Positions 10,207-22,082 of a stretch of 64,000 nucleotides of DNA are shown piece by piece; positions within the stretch are counted from its first letter, which is position 1, and each line of letters begins with the position of its first letter. The notes beneath the pieces were generated by a model. It was not told the DNA's origin. It saw only the letters and a list, made by a program, of their open reading frames with translations, and did no database searches. Position numbers and translations under genes: made by a program. The stretch lies in NCBI GenBank assembly GCA_963710415.1, contig CAVQAH010000021.1, forward strand, positions 105,167 through 169,166. Direction: 5' to 3'. This stretch comes from an uncultured Acidobacteriota bacterium. GTDB lineage: Bacteria > Acidobacteriota > Vicinamibacteria > Vicinamibacterales > 2-12-FULL-66-21.

Positions 10207-10266
10207 GGTCCGGCTAAAGCCGGACACTACGGGGGCTACAACGGTCCGGCTAAAGCCGGACACCAC
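10207..10266. repeat. Tandem pair of GTAG-type REPs
   Basis: GGTCCGGCTAAAGCCGGACACTAC at 10207-10230 and GGTCCGGCTAAAGCCGGACACCAC at 10243-10266. Confidence 0.92.
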
Positions 10267-10267
10267 G

Positions 10268-10308
10268 AAAACAAAAAAGCCCGGGGGCCGAATGGCCACC
10301 GGGCTTTT
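10268..10308 (-). terminator. Intrinsic terminator in the 5' leader of the cys operon (attenuator)
   Basis: Minus strand reads AAAA-GCCCGG-T-GGCC-ATTC-GGCC-C-CCGGGC-TTTTTTGTTTT, a GC stem plus U-tract located between the promoter and the first gene. Confidence 0.85.
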
Positions 10309-10360
10309 GGTCTCTCGAATCCAACCGATGCCGATCTATGGTGTCAGCATCGCTTCACTT

Positions 10361-10441
10361 TCACATTGGCAAGACCTCGGCCGCGCGGCCACCCGGGAAT
10401 CCCGGGCAACAACATACGCATGCGACAACGAGGTACTGCAC
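10361..10441 (-). CDS. Cys-rich leader peptide MQYLVVACVCCCPGFPGGRAAEVLPM (26 aa), probably leaderless
   Basis: GTG CAG TAC CTC GTT GTC GCA TGC GTA TGT TGT TGC CCG ... ATG TGA: 4 Cys in 5 codons. It starts 6 nt after a -10 box, has no SD sequence, and is followed by a terminator and the cysteine biosynthesis genes. Confidence 0.72.
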   Translation of the reverse strand: MQYLVVACVCCCPGFPGGRAAEVLPM

Positions 10442-10477
10442 GACCGAAGACTACCGGCTCGCGCAGTCCGCTGTCAA
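10441..10477 (-). promoter_or_regulatory. Sigma70-type promoter for the cys operon leader
   Basis: Minus strand TTGACA (10477-10472), 18 nt spacer, TAGTCT (10453-10448), 6 nt, then the G of GTG at 10441. Confidence 0.75.
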
Positions 10478-10561
10478 GGCACGCATCGCCGCGTGCGCTG
10501 GAGCAACGTCGTGCGCTACTCTGACATCGATCGACTTCGTAGCGGGAGGACCTTCGTCGAC

Positions 10562-11474
10562 TTGCAGAACCTGAACATCGTCGTGCCGGGCTCGATCAGC
10601 AATCTTGGGCCTGGATTCGACACATTGGCCGTAGCCGTCGAGCTGTTCCTGCGGATCCGCGTACTCGAAGTGCGCTCGGACGCACCGGATACGCTCGAGA
10701 CGGTATTTCCGGCTGGTCCGCCATCGGGAGGCAACCGCATCGAGGTCGCGTGGAAACTCGCTCGCGAGAGGTTTGGAAAGCCAGCACCGGGTTTGCGCAT
10801 CGAGGTCACCAGCGAGATCCCGGTGACAGCAGGACTGGGCAGCAGTGCCGCCGCAGCGGTAGCCGGCCTGCAGCTGTATGCCGCTGTGACCGAGGCACGC
10901 AGCGTTGGCGATCTGCTGTCGATGGCCAGCGAGCTCGAAGGACACCCGGACAATGCGGCGGCAGCCCTGCTTGGCGGCATGACGGTGAGCTGTCTGCGAG
11001 ACGATGGACGGTTGATTGCGCGATCGTGGCTGCCGCCGAGAGGACCTGCGATTCGTCGTGGCGACACCGGTTGCGACGCTCGAAACCTCCCGCAGCCGGC
11101 GCGCGCTGCCCGAACAGGTCTCGCTGGCCGATGCGGTGTTCAACCTGCAGCGCGCGGTCCTGCTCGTCAAATCGCTCGATTCGGGCCAGTTCGACGATCT
11201 CCGCGAAGCGCTTCGCGACCGGCTGCACCAGCCCGCGCGGGCACCGCTCGTGCCTGCCCTGGCCGAGGCGCTGGCGATTGACCATCCAGCCGTGCTGGGG
11301 GTGTGCCTGAGCGGCGCCGGATCGTCCGTGGTCGCCTTCGCAACGGCCGAGCGGGCAGCCGAAGCGGCCGCGATGTTGGGCGAGGTGTATCGCCGGCTCG
11401 GCATCCAACATACGATAAGAACGCTGCGTGCGCATGAGCCCGCGGCCGCAACGACTCTGCATCACAGCATATGA
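10562..11474 (+). CDS. thrB: Homoserine kinase; frameshift near 11035
   Basis: TTG 10562 follows GGGAGGA; motifs VPGSISNLGPGFD, IPVTAGLGSSAA (GHMP), LEGHPDN, DRLHQPAR and LSGAGSS. Confidence 0.9.
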
Positions 11475-12715
11475 ACTTCAGCCTCCGCTGCCATCTTTGC
11501 CACGCCACGTTCGCCCCCGCGGCGTTCTGGGTTTGCGATCAATGCCTGGGCCCGCTGGAAGTCGCCTGGGACTACGCGGCCGTCGCGAAGGTCATCAGCC
11601 GCGACGCAATCGAGTCACGCCCGAGAAACCTCTGGCGATACCGGGAACTGCTCCCGATTGAGGGAGAGCCGCAAACCGGCCTCCACTCCGGGTTCACGCC
11701 GCTCGTTCGAGCCGATCGGCTGGCGGCGCGGCTCGGCGTGCGTGAGCTGCTACGTCAAGGACGACTCCGTCAATCACCCGACCTGTTCGTACAAGGATCG
11801 CGTCGTCTCGATCGCCGCGACCCGTGCCGTCGAACTCGGGTTTCGCGTGCTGGCCTGTGCGTCGACCGGCAACTTGGCTGGCAGCGTGGCCGCGCATGCG
11901 GCGCGCCTCGGGCTCTCGTGCTTCGTGTTCATCCCCGATGATCTCGAGGCCGCCAAGATCGCCGGCGCCGGCGTGTACCGACCCCGTATCATGGCCGTGC
12001 ATGGCAACTATGACGACGTCAACCGGCTGTGCACGCAGGTCGCGGACCGCCACGGCTGGGGATTCGCGAACATCAATCTGCGCGCCTACTACGCCGAAGG
12101 TGCGCAAGACGTGCGCATTCGAGATCGCCGAACAGCTCGGGTGGCGGTTCCCGCAGCACGTCGTTTCGCCCGTCGCCGGCGGGACACTGTTGCCGCGCAT
12201 CCTGAAGGGATTCGAGGAACTGAAGACCGTCGGACTCGTCGAGGGAACTGTCCCCGCGATCCATGCTGCGCAGGCGGCCGGCTGCGCGCCGGTCGTGAAA
12301 GCGTTGGAGAGCGGCGCGGAATTCCCCGAACCCGGTGAAGCCGAACACGATCGCGAAGTCGATCGCCATCGGCAACCCCGCAGACGGCTTCCAGGTCGTG
12401 CGCTCGGTTCGGTCGACGGGCGGCTCCGGCGCCATGGTCTCCGACGACGAGATCATCGAGGGCATCAAACTGCTCGCGGAAACAGAGGGTATCTTTACAG
12501 AACCGGCGGGCGGCACCACAGTCGCGGCCACACGGCAGCTGATCGAGCGTGGCGCGATCCCGCACCATGAATCGATCGTCATCTGCGTCACAGGCAATGG
12601 ATACAAGACGACCGAGGCACTGAGCGGCCGGCTCGACGATCCGATTCGTATCGGTCGATCGCTCGCGGATTTCGAGGCAAGCCAGGCTGCGCCCGCGCTG
12701 ACGGCAGGTTCCTAG
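11471..12715 (+). CDS. Threonine-synthase-fold PLP enzyme, paralogue 1 (possible O-phosphohomoserine sulfhydrylase); about 3 frameshifts
   Basis: N-terminal zinc ribbon CHLC...CDQC; motifs [69 protein letters not shown] and TGNGYKT. ATGA overlap with thrB. Confidence 0.85.
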
Positions 12716-12725
12716 CGAAATCGTC

Positions 12726-14043
<1,318 letters not shown>

Positions 14044-14058
<15 letters not shown>

Positions 14059-14076
14059 AGCTACGGCGCGGCAGGC
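14044..14076. repeat. REP-like element of the CCGCCTYCGC...GCTWCGGCG type overlapping the thrC stop
   Basis: GCCCGCCTCCGCTAAAGCTACGGCGCGGCAGGC; related to 60993-61025. Confidence 0.6.
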
Positions 14077-14104
14077 CTTCCCGCTAAATCACGCGCGGCA
14101 AGCC

Positions 14105-15725
14105 ATGGACGCGCGCGATATCATAGGCCGCGTGAAAAAGAGCGTCGCCGCCGCCTCCATCCTGACAGTGTTCTGGTCCTTCGGTGGTGGCGCGCAGCAG
14201 GGGCCCGCGCCGTTCCAGATCGAGGAAACCACCATCGTCTCGATTCATGCCGCCCTGACGTCCGGGCAGCTGACGTGCCGGGGTCTGGTCGAACAATACC
14301 TTCGCCGAATCGAGGCGTACGACAAGAACGGCCCGGCCCTCAACGCCATCGTTCAGATCAACCCTGATGCTTTGAAGGAGGCCGAGGACCTGGATCGGCG
14401 CTTCAAAGCGAGCGGCCGCGTCGGCCCGCTCCACTGCATTCCCGCCATCGTCAAGGACAACTTCGAGACGATTGGCCTCCAAAGCGCTGCAGGGTCGCTG
14501 GCGTTGAAGGGATTCGTGTCACAGAAGGATGCCTTCCAGGTCAAGAAGATCCGGGAGGCTGGCGCGATCGTCCTCGCCAAATCCAACATGGCGGAGTGGG
14601 CGTTCACGCCGTACGAGACGGTCAGCTCGATTCTGCCGGGATACACGAAGAACCCGTACGCGCTCGATCGCGTGACCGCCGGATCGAGCGGAGGAACGGC
14701 GGCGGCTGTGGCGGCAAACATGGGTGCGATTGGCCTGGGAAGCGACACCGGCAATTCCATCCGCGGCCCGTCGTCACATCAGGCGCTGGTGGGAATCCGT
14801 TCGACGATGGGGTTGACGAGCCGCGGCGGGGTCGTTCCGCTCAGCGTGCTTGCGGATATCGCCGGTCCAATGACGCGTACGGTCACCGATGCAGTGGCCG
14901 TGTTTCAGGTGATCGTCGGATCCGGACCCTGACGATCCGTTCACCGTTCCTGGCTCGGCGGAGGCGCGCGCGTTCAGTCCGGGAAATCGTCCACGCCACC
15001 GTCACCAAGTACGCGGACGCGCTCGTTCGTGATGGTCTCAAAGGCGCCAGGATTGGCGTGCTCCGGCAGGCGTACGAGCGAGACACCACGGATCCGGAGA
15101 TCGTTCAGGTCTTCATGGCTGCCGTGGACGATTTGAAGCGTGCGGGAGCGGTGATTGTGGATCCCGCGCGGGTCGACCTCGAACAGGTCCGGCGCGCACA
15201 GGACATCGGACCGTGTGCCGGGTTCAAGCACGACATCAACCGCTATCTGGCCGGCCATGGCGATCGCATTCCGATGCACAGCCTCGAGGAGGTCGATCCG
15301 CTCGCGCCAGTTTCATCCGTCCGTCCAGCGGCGCCTCGAGCAGTCGCAGGAAGGTCAGGTCAACGGTCTCGATTCGCCGGCGTGCGCGGCGGAGGCGGAG
15401 TACCGGGAGAAGGTGCGCGTGGCGGTGCTGAAAACGATGAACGAGCAGAAGCTGGACGCGCTTCGTCTATCCGACCTGGAGCAACCCTCCCCGGCTGATC
15501 GGAGACCTGAACACGCCGCACGGGGACAACAGCCAGTTCTTCTCGCCGACGACCGGCTTTCCGTCGATCAACGTCCCGATGGGATACACGCGTGGCGTCC
15601 TGCCTGCGGGAATGACGTTCTTCGGGCGCGCGTGGGACGAGTCAACGCTGATCAAGCTGGCCTACTCGTACGAACAGTGGACGAGCCACCGTCGCCCGCC
15701 GCCGTCGACACCTCCGCTGCGCTGA
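14105..15725 (+). CDS. Amidase signature family protein (exported); about 3 frameshifts
   Basis: Motifs [26 protein letters not shown] and [13 protein letters not shown]-terminal [11 protein letters not shown]...[18 protein letters not shown]. Confidence 0.88.
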
Positions 15726-17414
15726 CACGTAGCTCTCAGCATGTCGGCTGGTACCTGCTTTCTTCTCGACCCGCGCGAATCGGATATCCCACACGCGGTC
15801 CTGGCTGATGCTCAGGCCTGTGACCTGACCCTGTGCGCTGCGTTGAAAGCGCACGAATCCGATGCCGCCGGTGAATCCATCAGCATACGCGGGTGTCAGC
15901 CGAATGGTCGTGTCAGGCCGACGCTTCAGCACGAGCGCGTCGTTCTCCACAGCGGCCGTGAACGTGACCTCCGCTTCGGTGCTGACATATTCACCGGCGT
16001 AGTCGGACAACGGCTTCGGCTTGCGGTCGGCAGCCGCGAGCCGCTCGTACGGCTCGACGCTTCCGTAACCATCGATCAGCTTCAGCCGGGCGCCGTCGAT
16101 CTCGACGCGGCGGCCATTCGAGGCGGTGAAGCGCGAGCCCGATTCAGCCTGCAGCGCTGCGCCCCCCTGAAGACGCACGGCGTTGCCGTCGCGGACGAGT
16201 TCGAGCGGTTCGCCCGTTTCGGTATTGCGATACAGACCGACCACCGCGTCGATCTCCTCGTTCTTCAAAGCGTAACGGTCCGCCGGCGCGCGCGATGCAG
16301 CCGCACTCGTGCCCGTCGTGATGGCCGAGCCCAGATAGAGGTCCGCGACCGCGTGCGCGTATTGCGTGGCCGCGCCGCTGCTGACGTTGCAGAGCACGCC
16401 GACCGAGACCTTCTGGTCCGGATAGTCCACGAGGTGCGCCCGATAGCCGGCCGTCGAGCCGCTGTGGCCGACCTCCCGTACGCCCTTGTAGGGTCCGATC
16501 ATCAGCCCGAGCGCATAGCCGTGGGCGCGGCCGTCGTTGAAGCGCCCGGGCTCCTGCTGTTCGTTCACGAATGCGGCATCGCCCACCACCGGCCTGGCGA
16601 AATTCGCCGTCCACCTGAGCAGATCGCCGACCGTCGTCAGCAAGCCCGCCGTTGCCGTGCACGTTCTCGAACGGCATGTTCATGCGGAAGACTGCCACCT
16701 GCGTCCGAGTACGCGATCGCGCGTCCCTTGACGACGCGGGTGAAGTCGTCGCGCCAGGACGTGCGCGTCATGCTCAGCGGCTCGAAGATGCGCGTGCGGC
16801 TGAACTCGGCAAACGACTCCCCGCTCACTCGCGACACGATGATCGCCGCAAGGTTGTAGCCGCTGTTGCTGTACGAGTAGCGCGTGCCCGGACGGGAAAT
16901 TGAGCGCGCGCTGCCGGCTGAGGATGTCGAGCACGTGCGCGTGGGTGTAGACACGCGTGGTTCGCGGCCAGCCGCCGATCCCAGCCACGCTGCCCCAGTC
17001 GCGCAGCCCGCTCGAGTGGTTCAGCATGTGCCGGATGGTGAGCGGCGCGCCGTAGTCGGGCAGCTCCGGCATGTACTTCCGCACCGGATCGTCCAGCGAC
17101 AGCTTGCCGTCCTTGACGAGCAGGAGCACCGCCGCAGCCGTGAACTGCTTCGAGACGGAGCCTGCCTCGAAGATCGTGTCGGCGCGGTTCGCCGTGTCGT
17201 GCTCGAGATCGGCCATGCCGTAGCCCTTCTCCAGCACGCTCTTGCCGTCCACGCTGACGCCAACCGCGCATCCCGGCGTCGTCTGGTTCCACCGCGCGAA
17301 GACCTGGTCGACTTTCGGCTCGAGCGACGCGCTCTGCCGCGGTGCCGCCGTCGCCGTCATGATGCCAGCCGCCGCGATAGCCGCCGCAAGAGTCCACAGC
17401 CGTCGATTCTTCAT
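15642..17414 (-). CDS. Serine hydrolase, beta-lactamase class C/D-aminopeptidase-like (exported); about 3 frameshifts; 3' end uncertain
   Basis: Motifs [10 protein letters not shown] (SxxK), [15 protein letters not shown] (YxN) and GHSGSTAGY; signal peptide. Confidence 0.85.
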
Positions 17415-17486
17415 ACGTCAGTCCTGGATCTTGTTACCCCGGGGCTTGATTCGACACGCCTCGACCTGAATGTGCCCATTGCCCAT

Positions 17487-18821
17487 TCAATCCGCAAGCC
17501 TCGCCTGTCGGAGAATCTCGCGGAAACTCGGCCGGGCACCGACGCTGAGCAGCCCGACGCGGAACAAGCGGGCGCCGAGCCGGATCGCAAACCAGGTGGC
17601 CACGAGCATCAGCACGATCGAGCCGGCAATTTCCCACCAGGCAATGGCGCTCGCATCCATGCTGGTGCGCATCATGATCGTGGGTCCGGCAGTGAATGGA
17701 ATCCAGGTCAGGACACGGCCGAAGGTGCCGTGCGGCTCGCGGATCAATACGCCCATCATGATGAGCGGCAGCGCCGCCAGCAGCGACCAGGCCATCGCCA
17801 GCTGCTGCGCCTCGCGCATGTTGGACCCGAGCGAGCCGGTGCCCAGGATCAAGCTTCCGAAGAACAGAAACGCGATCAGGAACAGCGGCACTGACAGGGC
17901 GACTGACGACCAGGGGATCGACATGTTGGAGCTGAGCAGAAGCGGCACGACGCCGATGCCGGTGCCGAGCGCCATGAGCAGCCACACCGAAATCTGCAGC
18001 AGCCCGGCGCCAGCCAGACCGATCAGCTTTCCCGCAAGAATCTCCTGGGGATTCGCCGACGAGAGCAGTACCTCGACGACCTTGTTTTCCTTCTCGGTTG
18101 CTGTCCCCTGCATCAGATACCCGGAGGTCATGAGCACGGACATGAGAAACAGCACCGTGAACACGAGGGGAACCGCGATCCTGAGGGCTGAGGCCGCCCG
18201 GCTCCCATCCACGACTTCGCCCGTCCGCGTCACAGAGAAGCGGCGCGGATCCTTCATCGGGCTGACGAGACGTTCAGCAAGCGTCGGATCGACCCGTCCC
18301 GCCACCAGACGCTCGCGAACCAGGTTGGCGAACGCGCTCCGCGAATCGGATCCCGTCAGGCTCACCGTATCCGGCGAGTAGACGTCGACGACGCCGGAGG
18401 TCATGTAGTCCTTGGGGAGGACGAAGTAACCCTTGACGTCACGCGCGGCGAGCGCGGCCCGCGCCGCCGACTCGTTCGTAAACGGCCGGAAAATGAAATT
18501 CGAATCTTCGAGCGCCGCGTCGAGGCGCGCGCGTGCACCTGAGCCCAGGGCCTCCATCGCCTTCTTGAGCTCGTCGGAGAGCTGCACCTGCGGCGCCGCT
18601 ACGTCCTCGGTGATCGACAACACCGCCGCCTCGTCGACGATGCCGTACAACGCCTTCTTGTCTTCGTCTTTTTGGGCAAAGTAGGCGGGGACCGCGACGA
18701 TCAGGCCGTAGCCCGCCACGAAGAGCGGCATGCCGAAGGTGGCGATCAGATAGCCGGCGCGCTTGACCGCGGTGAGGAACTCGAACGTCGCAATCGTCTT
18801 GACCTTCTTCAGCGACGTCAT
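17487..18821 (-). CDS. ABC-2 type exporter permease (NatB-like)
   Basis: One N-terminal TM, a large extracytoplasmic loop, TEKENKVVEVLLSS...ILAGKLIG, and further TMs. Confidence 0.88.
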   Translation of the reverse strand: MTSLKKVKTIATFEFLTAVKRAGYLIATFGMPLFVAGYGLIVAVPAYFAQKDEDKKALYGIVDEAAVLSITEDVAAPQVQLSDELKKAMEALGSGARARLDAALEDSNFIFRPFTNESAARAALAARDVKGYFVLPKDYMTSGVVDVYSPDTVSLTGSDSRSAFANLVRERLVAGRVDPTLAERLVSPMKDPRRFSVTRTGEVVDGSRAASALRIAVPLVFTVLFLMSVLMTSGYLMQGTATEKENKVVEVLLSSANPQEILAGKLIGLAGAGLLQISVWLLMALGTGIGVVPLLLSSNMSIPWSSVALSVPLFLIAFLFFGSLILGTGSLGSNMREAQQLAMAWSLLAALPLIMMGVLIREPHGTFGRVLTWIPFTAGPTIMMRTSMDASAIAWWEIAGSIVLMLVATWFAIRLGARLFRVGLLSVGARPSFREILRQARLAD

Positions 18822-19718
18822 GCAGCCTCCTCTCGCACGACGCGGAGGAAGATGTCCTCCATCGGCGCGAGCAACGGCTCGAACCGATCGATACGTGCGC
18901 CCGCCCGGATGAGATCAACCAACACTTCTGATGGCGCGCTGCCGTCAGCCAGGAGCAATCGAAACTCGCCGTCGCCTTCGTCCACAGAATTGACTACTTG
19001 TGGAATCCTGGGCAGCGGTTCCGGCGCATGGACGCGTACCTCGGGCAACGAATGCTTCCGCCTGACCTCGTCGACCGTCCCATACACGACGAGGCGTCCC
19101 TTGTTGATGAGCGCAACACGGTCGCACAGCGTCTCGACCTGATTCATGTGATGTGTCGAGAGGATCGTGGTGCGGCCCCGGTTCCTGCGCTCGAAGAGCA
19201 GATCCTGCACGAGGCGAACGTTGACCGGGTCCAGCCCGGTAGTGGGCTCGTCCAGGACGCAGAGTCTCAGGGTCGTTCATCAGGACCGAGGCGATCTGGA
19301 CCTTCTGCGACATGCCTTTGCTGAGGCGGTCGACCTTCCACGTCGCGACATGCGGCAGTTCGACACGCGCCAGCCACTCGTTGGCTCGTGTGCGCGCCTC
19401 CGCGCGGCTGAGGCCCTTGAGCGCGCCGAAATAGGTCATCACGTCGAGCACGGCGAGCTTCGTGTAGATGCCGCGCTCCTCGGGCAGGTACCCCAGCCGA
19501 TCGAGATGCGCGCGCGTCCTCGGCTCGCCGAACACGCGAACCTGGCCGGCATCAGGGCGAATGATGTCCATCAGGATTCGAATGAGCGTGCTCTTGCCAG
19601 CCCCGTTCGGACCGAGCAACCCGAAAATCTCACCGGCGTGCACGTCGAACGACACGCCGCGCAGCGCCACGGTCTGACCGTACGATTTGGTCAGGCCGTC
19701 GAAACCGAGAATCACCAT
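18818..19718 (-). CDS. ABC-2 type exporter ATP-binding protein; frameshift near 19265
   Basis: Motifs GPNGAGKST, GYLPEERG, LSKGMSQK, LDEPTTGLDP and LSTHHM; ATGA overlap with the permease. Confidence 0.9.
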
Positions 19719-19761
19719 GGCGGCGTAGAGATTACAGGACGCGGCCTCACCCGGCAACGGG

Positions 19762-21212
19762 TTAGAGGTTCGAAAGGGTCGACGAAGCAGCCGGACTCAC
19801 CTGTTTCGCATCAGCGAAGCCGGCCCCTGAGGTCACCTTCGACAGGACCGCTTCGAGCATCGGCGTCATCATCTTGAGCTGGCGGATGCGAATCATCATG
19901 TCCCACGCCGGCTCGAACTTCTTCCAGCCCGTGGCATAAAAGAAGTGCTTCGCCGCGTGCTTCACGGAATCATGGGACGCGGACGCGCGGGCGATCGACG
20001 ACCATCGATAGAACTCCCGGTACGCCCAGTTGTAGCCTCGCTCGAGCGCGGCCGGCGAAAGCCGCGCCGGGACGATAGACGACGTGACGCGTGTCGTACA
20101 GGTCCCAGTTCCGCGTAGTGAGCCGGCCCTGTTGTTCCATCCGAGCGTAAAGGCCCGTCCCGGGATAGGGCGTCTGGATGTGAAACGTGGCCGTCGTCAA
20201 CCCGTGCGCAACGGCCCAATCGACGGTCCGGCAAAAGACATCATCCGTATCGTCGTCCATGCCGAATACAAAGCTGCCGTTGATCATGATGCCGAGCGAA
20301 TGCAGGCGGCTGGTGACCGCTGAGTAGTCGCGCCCGAGATTCTGGCGCTTCAGGCTGCGTTCGAGGTTTCCCGGCGTCAGCGTCTCGAAGCCGACGAACA
20401 GGCTGCGGAGCCCCGCTTCGGCGGCACGCTCGATCAGATCCCCCCGCAGGATGGAGTCCACCGTCGCGGCTCCCTGGAACAACCTCCCCATACCGCGCAT
20501 GCCCGCGAACAGGGCGCGCGCGAAATGTGGGTTGCCGAGCAGATGGTCATCCAGAAAGTAGAGATGCCTGCCGGGCAGACGATCGATCTCAGCGAGGGCA
20601 TCGTCCACGCGCTGGGTATAGAAGGTCCGGCCGCCGCGGAAGAACGCGTCCTTGTAGCAGAAGTCACAATGCTGTGGGCAGCCGCGGGTCACGACGATCG
20701 AGTTGGGAACGAGGTAGTTGCGACGCCTGATCAGATCCCGTCGAATCGGTGGAACGGTGTCGAGCGTTCGACCGTTCGATGACTGATAGAGGGGCTGCGG
20801 GTGACCGGCTCGGAAGTCCTCGAGAAATTGCGGGAAGGTCTGCTCCGCGGGGCCGAGCACGATGGTATCGGCGTGTGGCGCTGCTTCGTGAGGCAGCGAG
20901 GTCACGTGCAAGCCGCCGAGCACGACGTACGCGCCCTTCGCGCGGTAACGATCTGCGATGCGGTACGCGCGGTAGGCGTTGGTGATGTAGACCTGAATCA
21001 GTACCAGGTCGGGGTCATCGTCTGTGGTCAGACACTCGACGTGTTCGTCGACGAGGACCGCCTGGTCGCCGGGGCTCAGATATGCGGCGAGCGTCGCGAG
21101 GCCGAGCGGCGGAAAGAGCGAGTACTTGATTGGCCGCCAATACGGACTGGTAGCCTCGGTCAGGGCTGGCAGGATCAGTTTGACCCGCAGGTCTCGTCTC
21201 CGTCGTGGGCAT
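19762..21212 (-). CDS. B12-binding-domain radical SAM protein; several frameshifts
   Basis: N-terminal VKLILPALTEATSPYWRPIKYSLFPPLGLATLA, then VLGGLHVT, TRGCPQHCDFC (CxxxCxxC), FVGFET and TPYPGT. Confidence 0.88.
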
Positions 21213-21266
21213 ACTTTGTATTGTAAAGTAATCGCACGCAGAGAGCCAGCACGGGATTTCGCAGCG

Positions 21267-21962
21267 CTATTTCAGGCGGAAACGGATCGCATAGTGACCG
21301 GGCACGACGGCGCTCTCCCCGGCCGGGGTCAAGCCGGCGGCCGTCGCGGCGGCGATCACGTCCTCGGCTTCGACACCGCTGCGGTCGGCGCCCGAGCCGG
21401 TCTGCGGAAAATCGACGATGAGGAGGAGACCGCCTGGCTTCAGCGCCTTGACGGCCGACGCCAGCATCTCTTTCGGGCGATCGAAGAACGAGTAGGTATT
21501 GACCATGGCGATCGCGTCAACCGACGCCGGCTCGAGACCGGACGAGGCCGTCTGGCCTTTGACCGCCGCGAAATTGGTCAGCCCCTCGGCCTTGGCGCGA
21601 TCGTTCATGTAGGCGACCATCTTGTCGTCGAGCTCGGTGGCGATGACGCGGCCGCCAGGGGCCACCTGTTGCGCAATGACCCGCGAGAGGAAACCGGAGC
21701 CAGCGCCAATCTCCGCGGCGGTCATCCCCGGCTTCAGCTCCATGAGCCCGGCAATCGCCACGCGATACCTGAACACCGCCCTCGACGGTTGCTCGAACTG
21801 CTCCGCCATCGCCACGGCGGTGCGGTCCTTGTACTGCTGCGCCCAGATGTTGCGGGATGCCTCCTGCGCGCTGGCCATCCCCAGGCTGGACAGCAGCAGC
21901 CCTGCAACGATCGAACGGCGACGGGATCCCGCAAGGAAAAGCGTCAGGGACATGTGCCTCAT
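21267..21962 (-). CDS. Class I SAM-dependent methyltransferase (with signal-like N-terminus)
   Basis: AAEIGAGSGF motif I; ALKPGGLLLIVDF. Confidence 0.82.
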   Translation of the reverse strand: MRHMSLTLFLAGSRRRSIVAGLLLSSLGMASAQEASRNIWAQQYKDRTAVAMAEQFEQPSRAVFRYRVAIAGLMELKPGMTAAEIGAGSGFLSRVIAQQVAPGGRVIATELDDKMVAYMNDRAKAEGLTNFAAVKGQTASSGLEPASVDAIAMVNTYSFFDRPKEMLASAVKALKPGGLLLIVDFPQTGSGADRSGVEAEDVIAAATAAGLTPAGESAVVPGHYAIRFRLK

Positions 21963-22082
21963 TTGACGATCTGATACAGCTCTATGGTGTTGCCGTCGGG
22001 ATCACGAATGGCCGCGTTCACTCGCGCCCATCAGCTCGCCATGCCCCTGCCCACCCCCGCCTCGCCAATGGCCAGCGCCCAT

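Noticed and set aside
10345..10422. Alternative leader ORF MRMLLPGIPGWPRGRGLANVKVKRC in another minus-strand frame
   Set aside because: It has no SD, does not start at the predicted TSS and has no amino-acid run relevant to the operon. The Cys-rich frame fits the promoter geometry and the operon function.
10268..10560. SAM, cobalamin or T-box riboswitch in the divergon intergenic region
   Set aside because: I could not find the conserved cores of these classes by eye; an Rfam scan would settle it.
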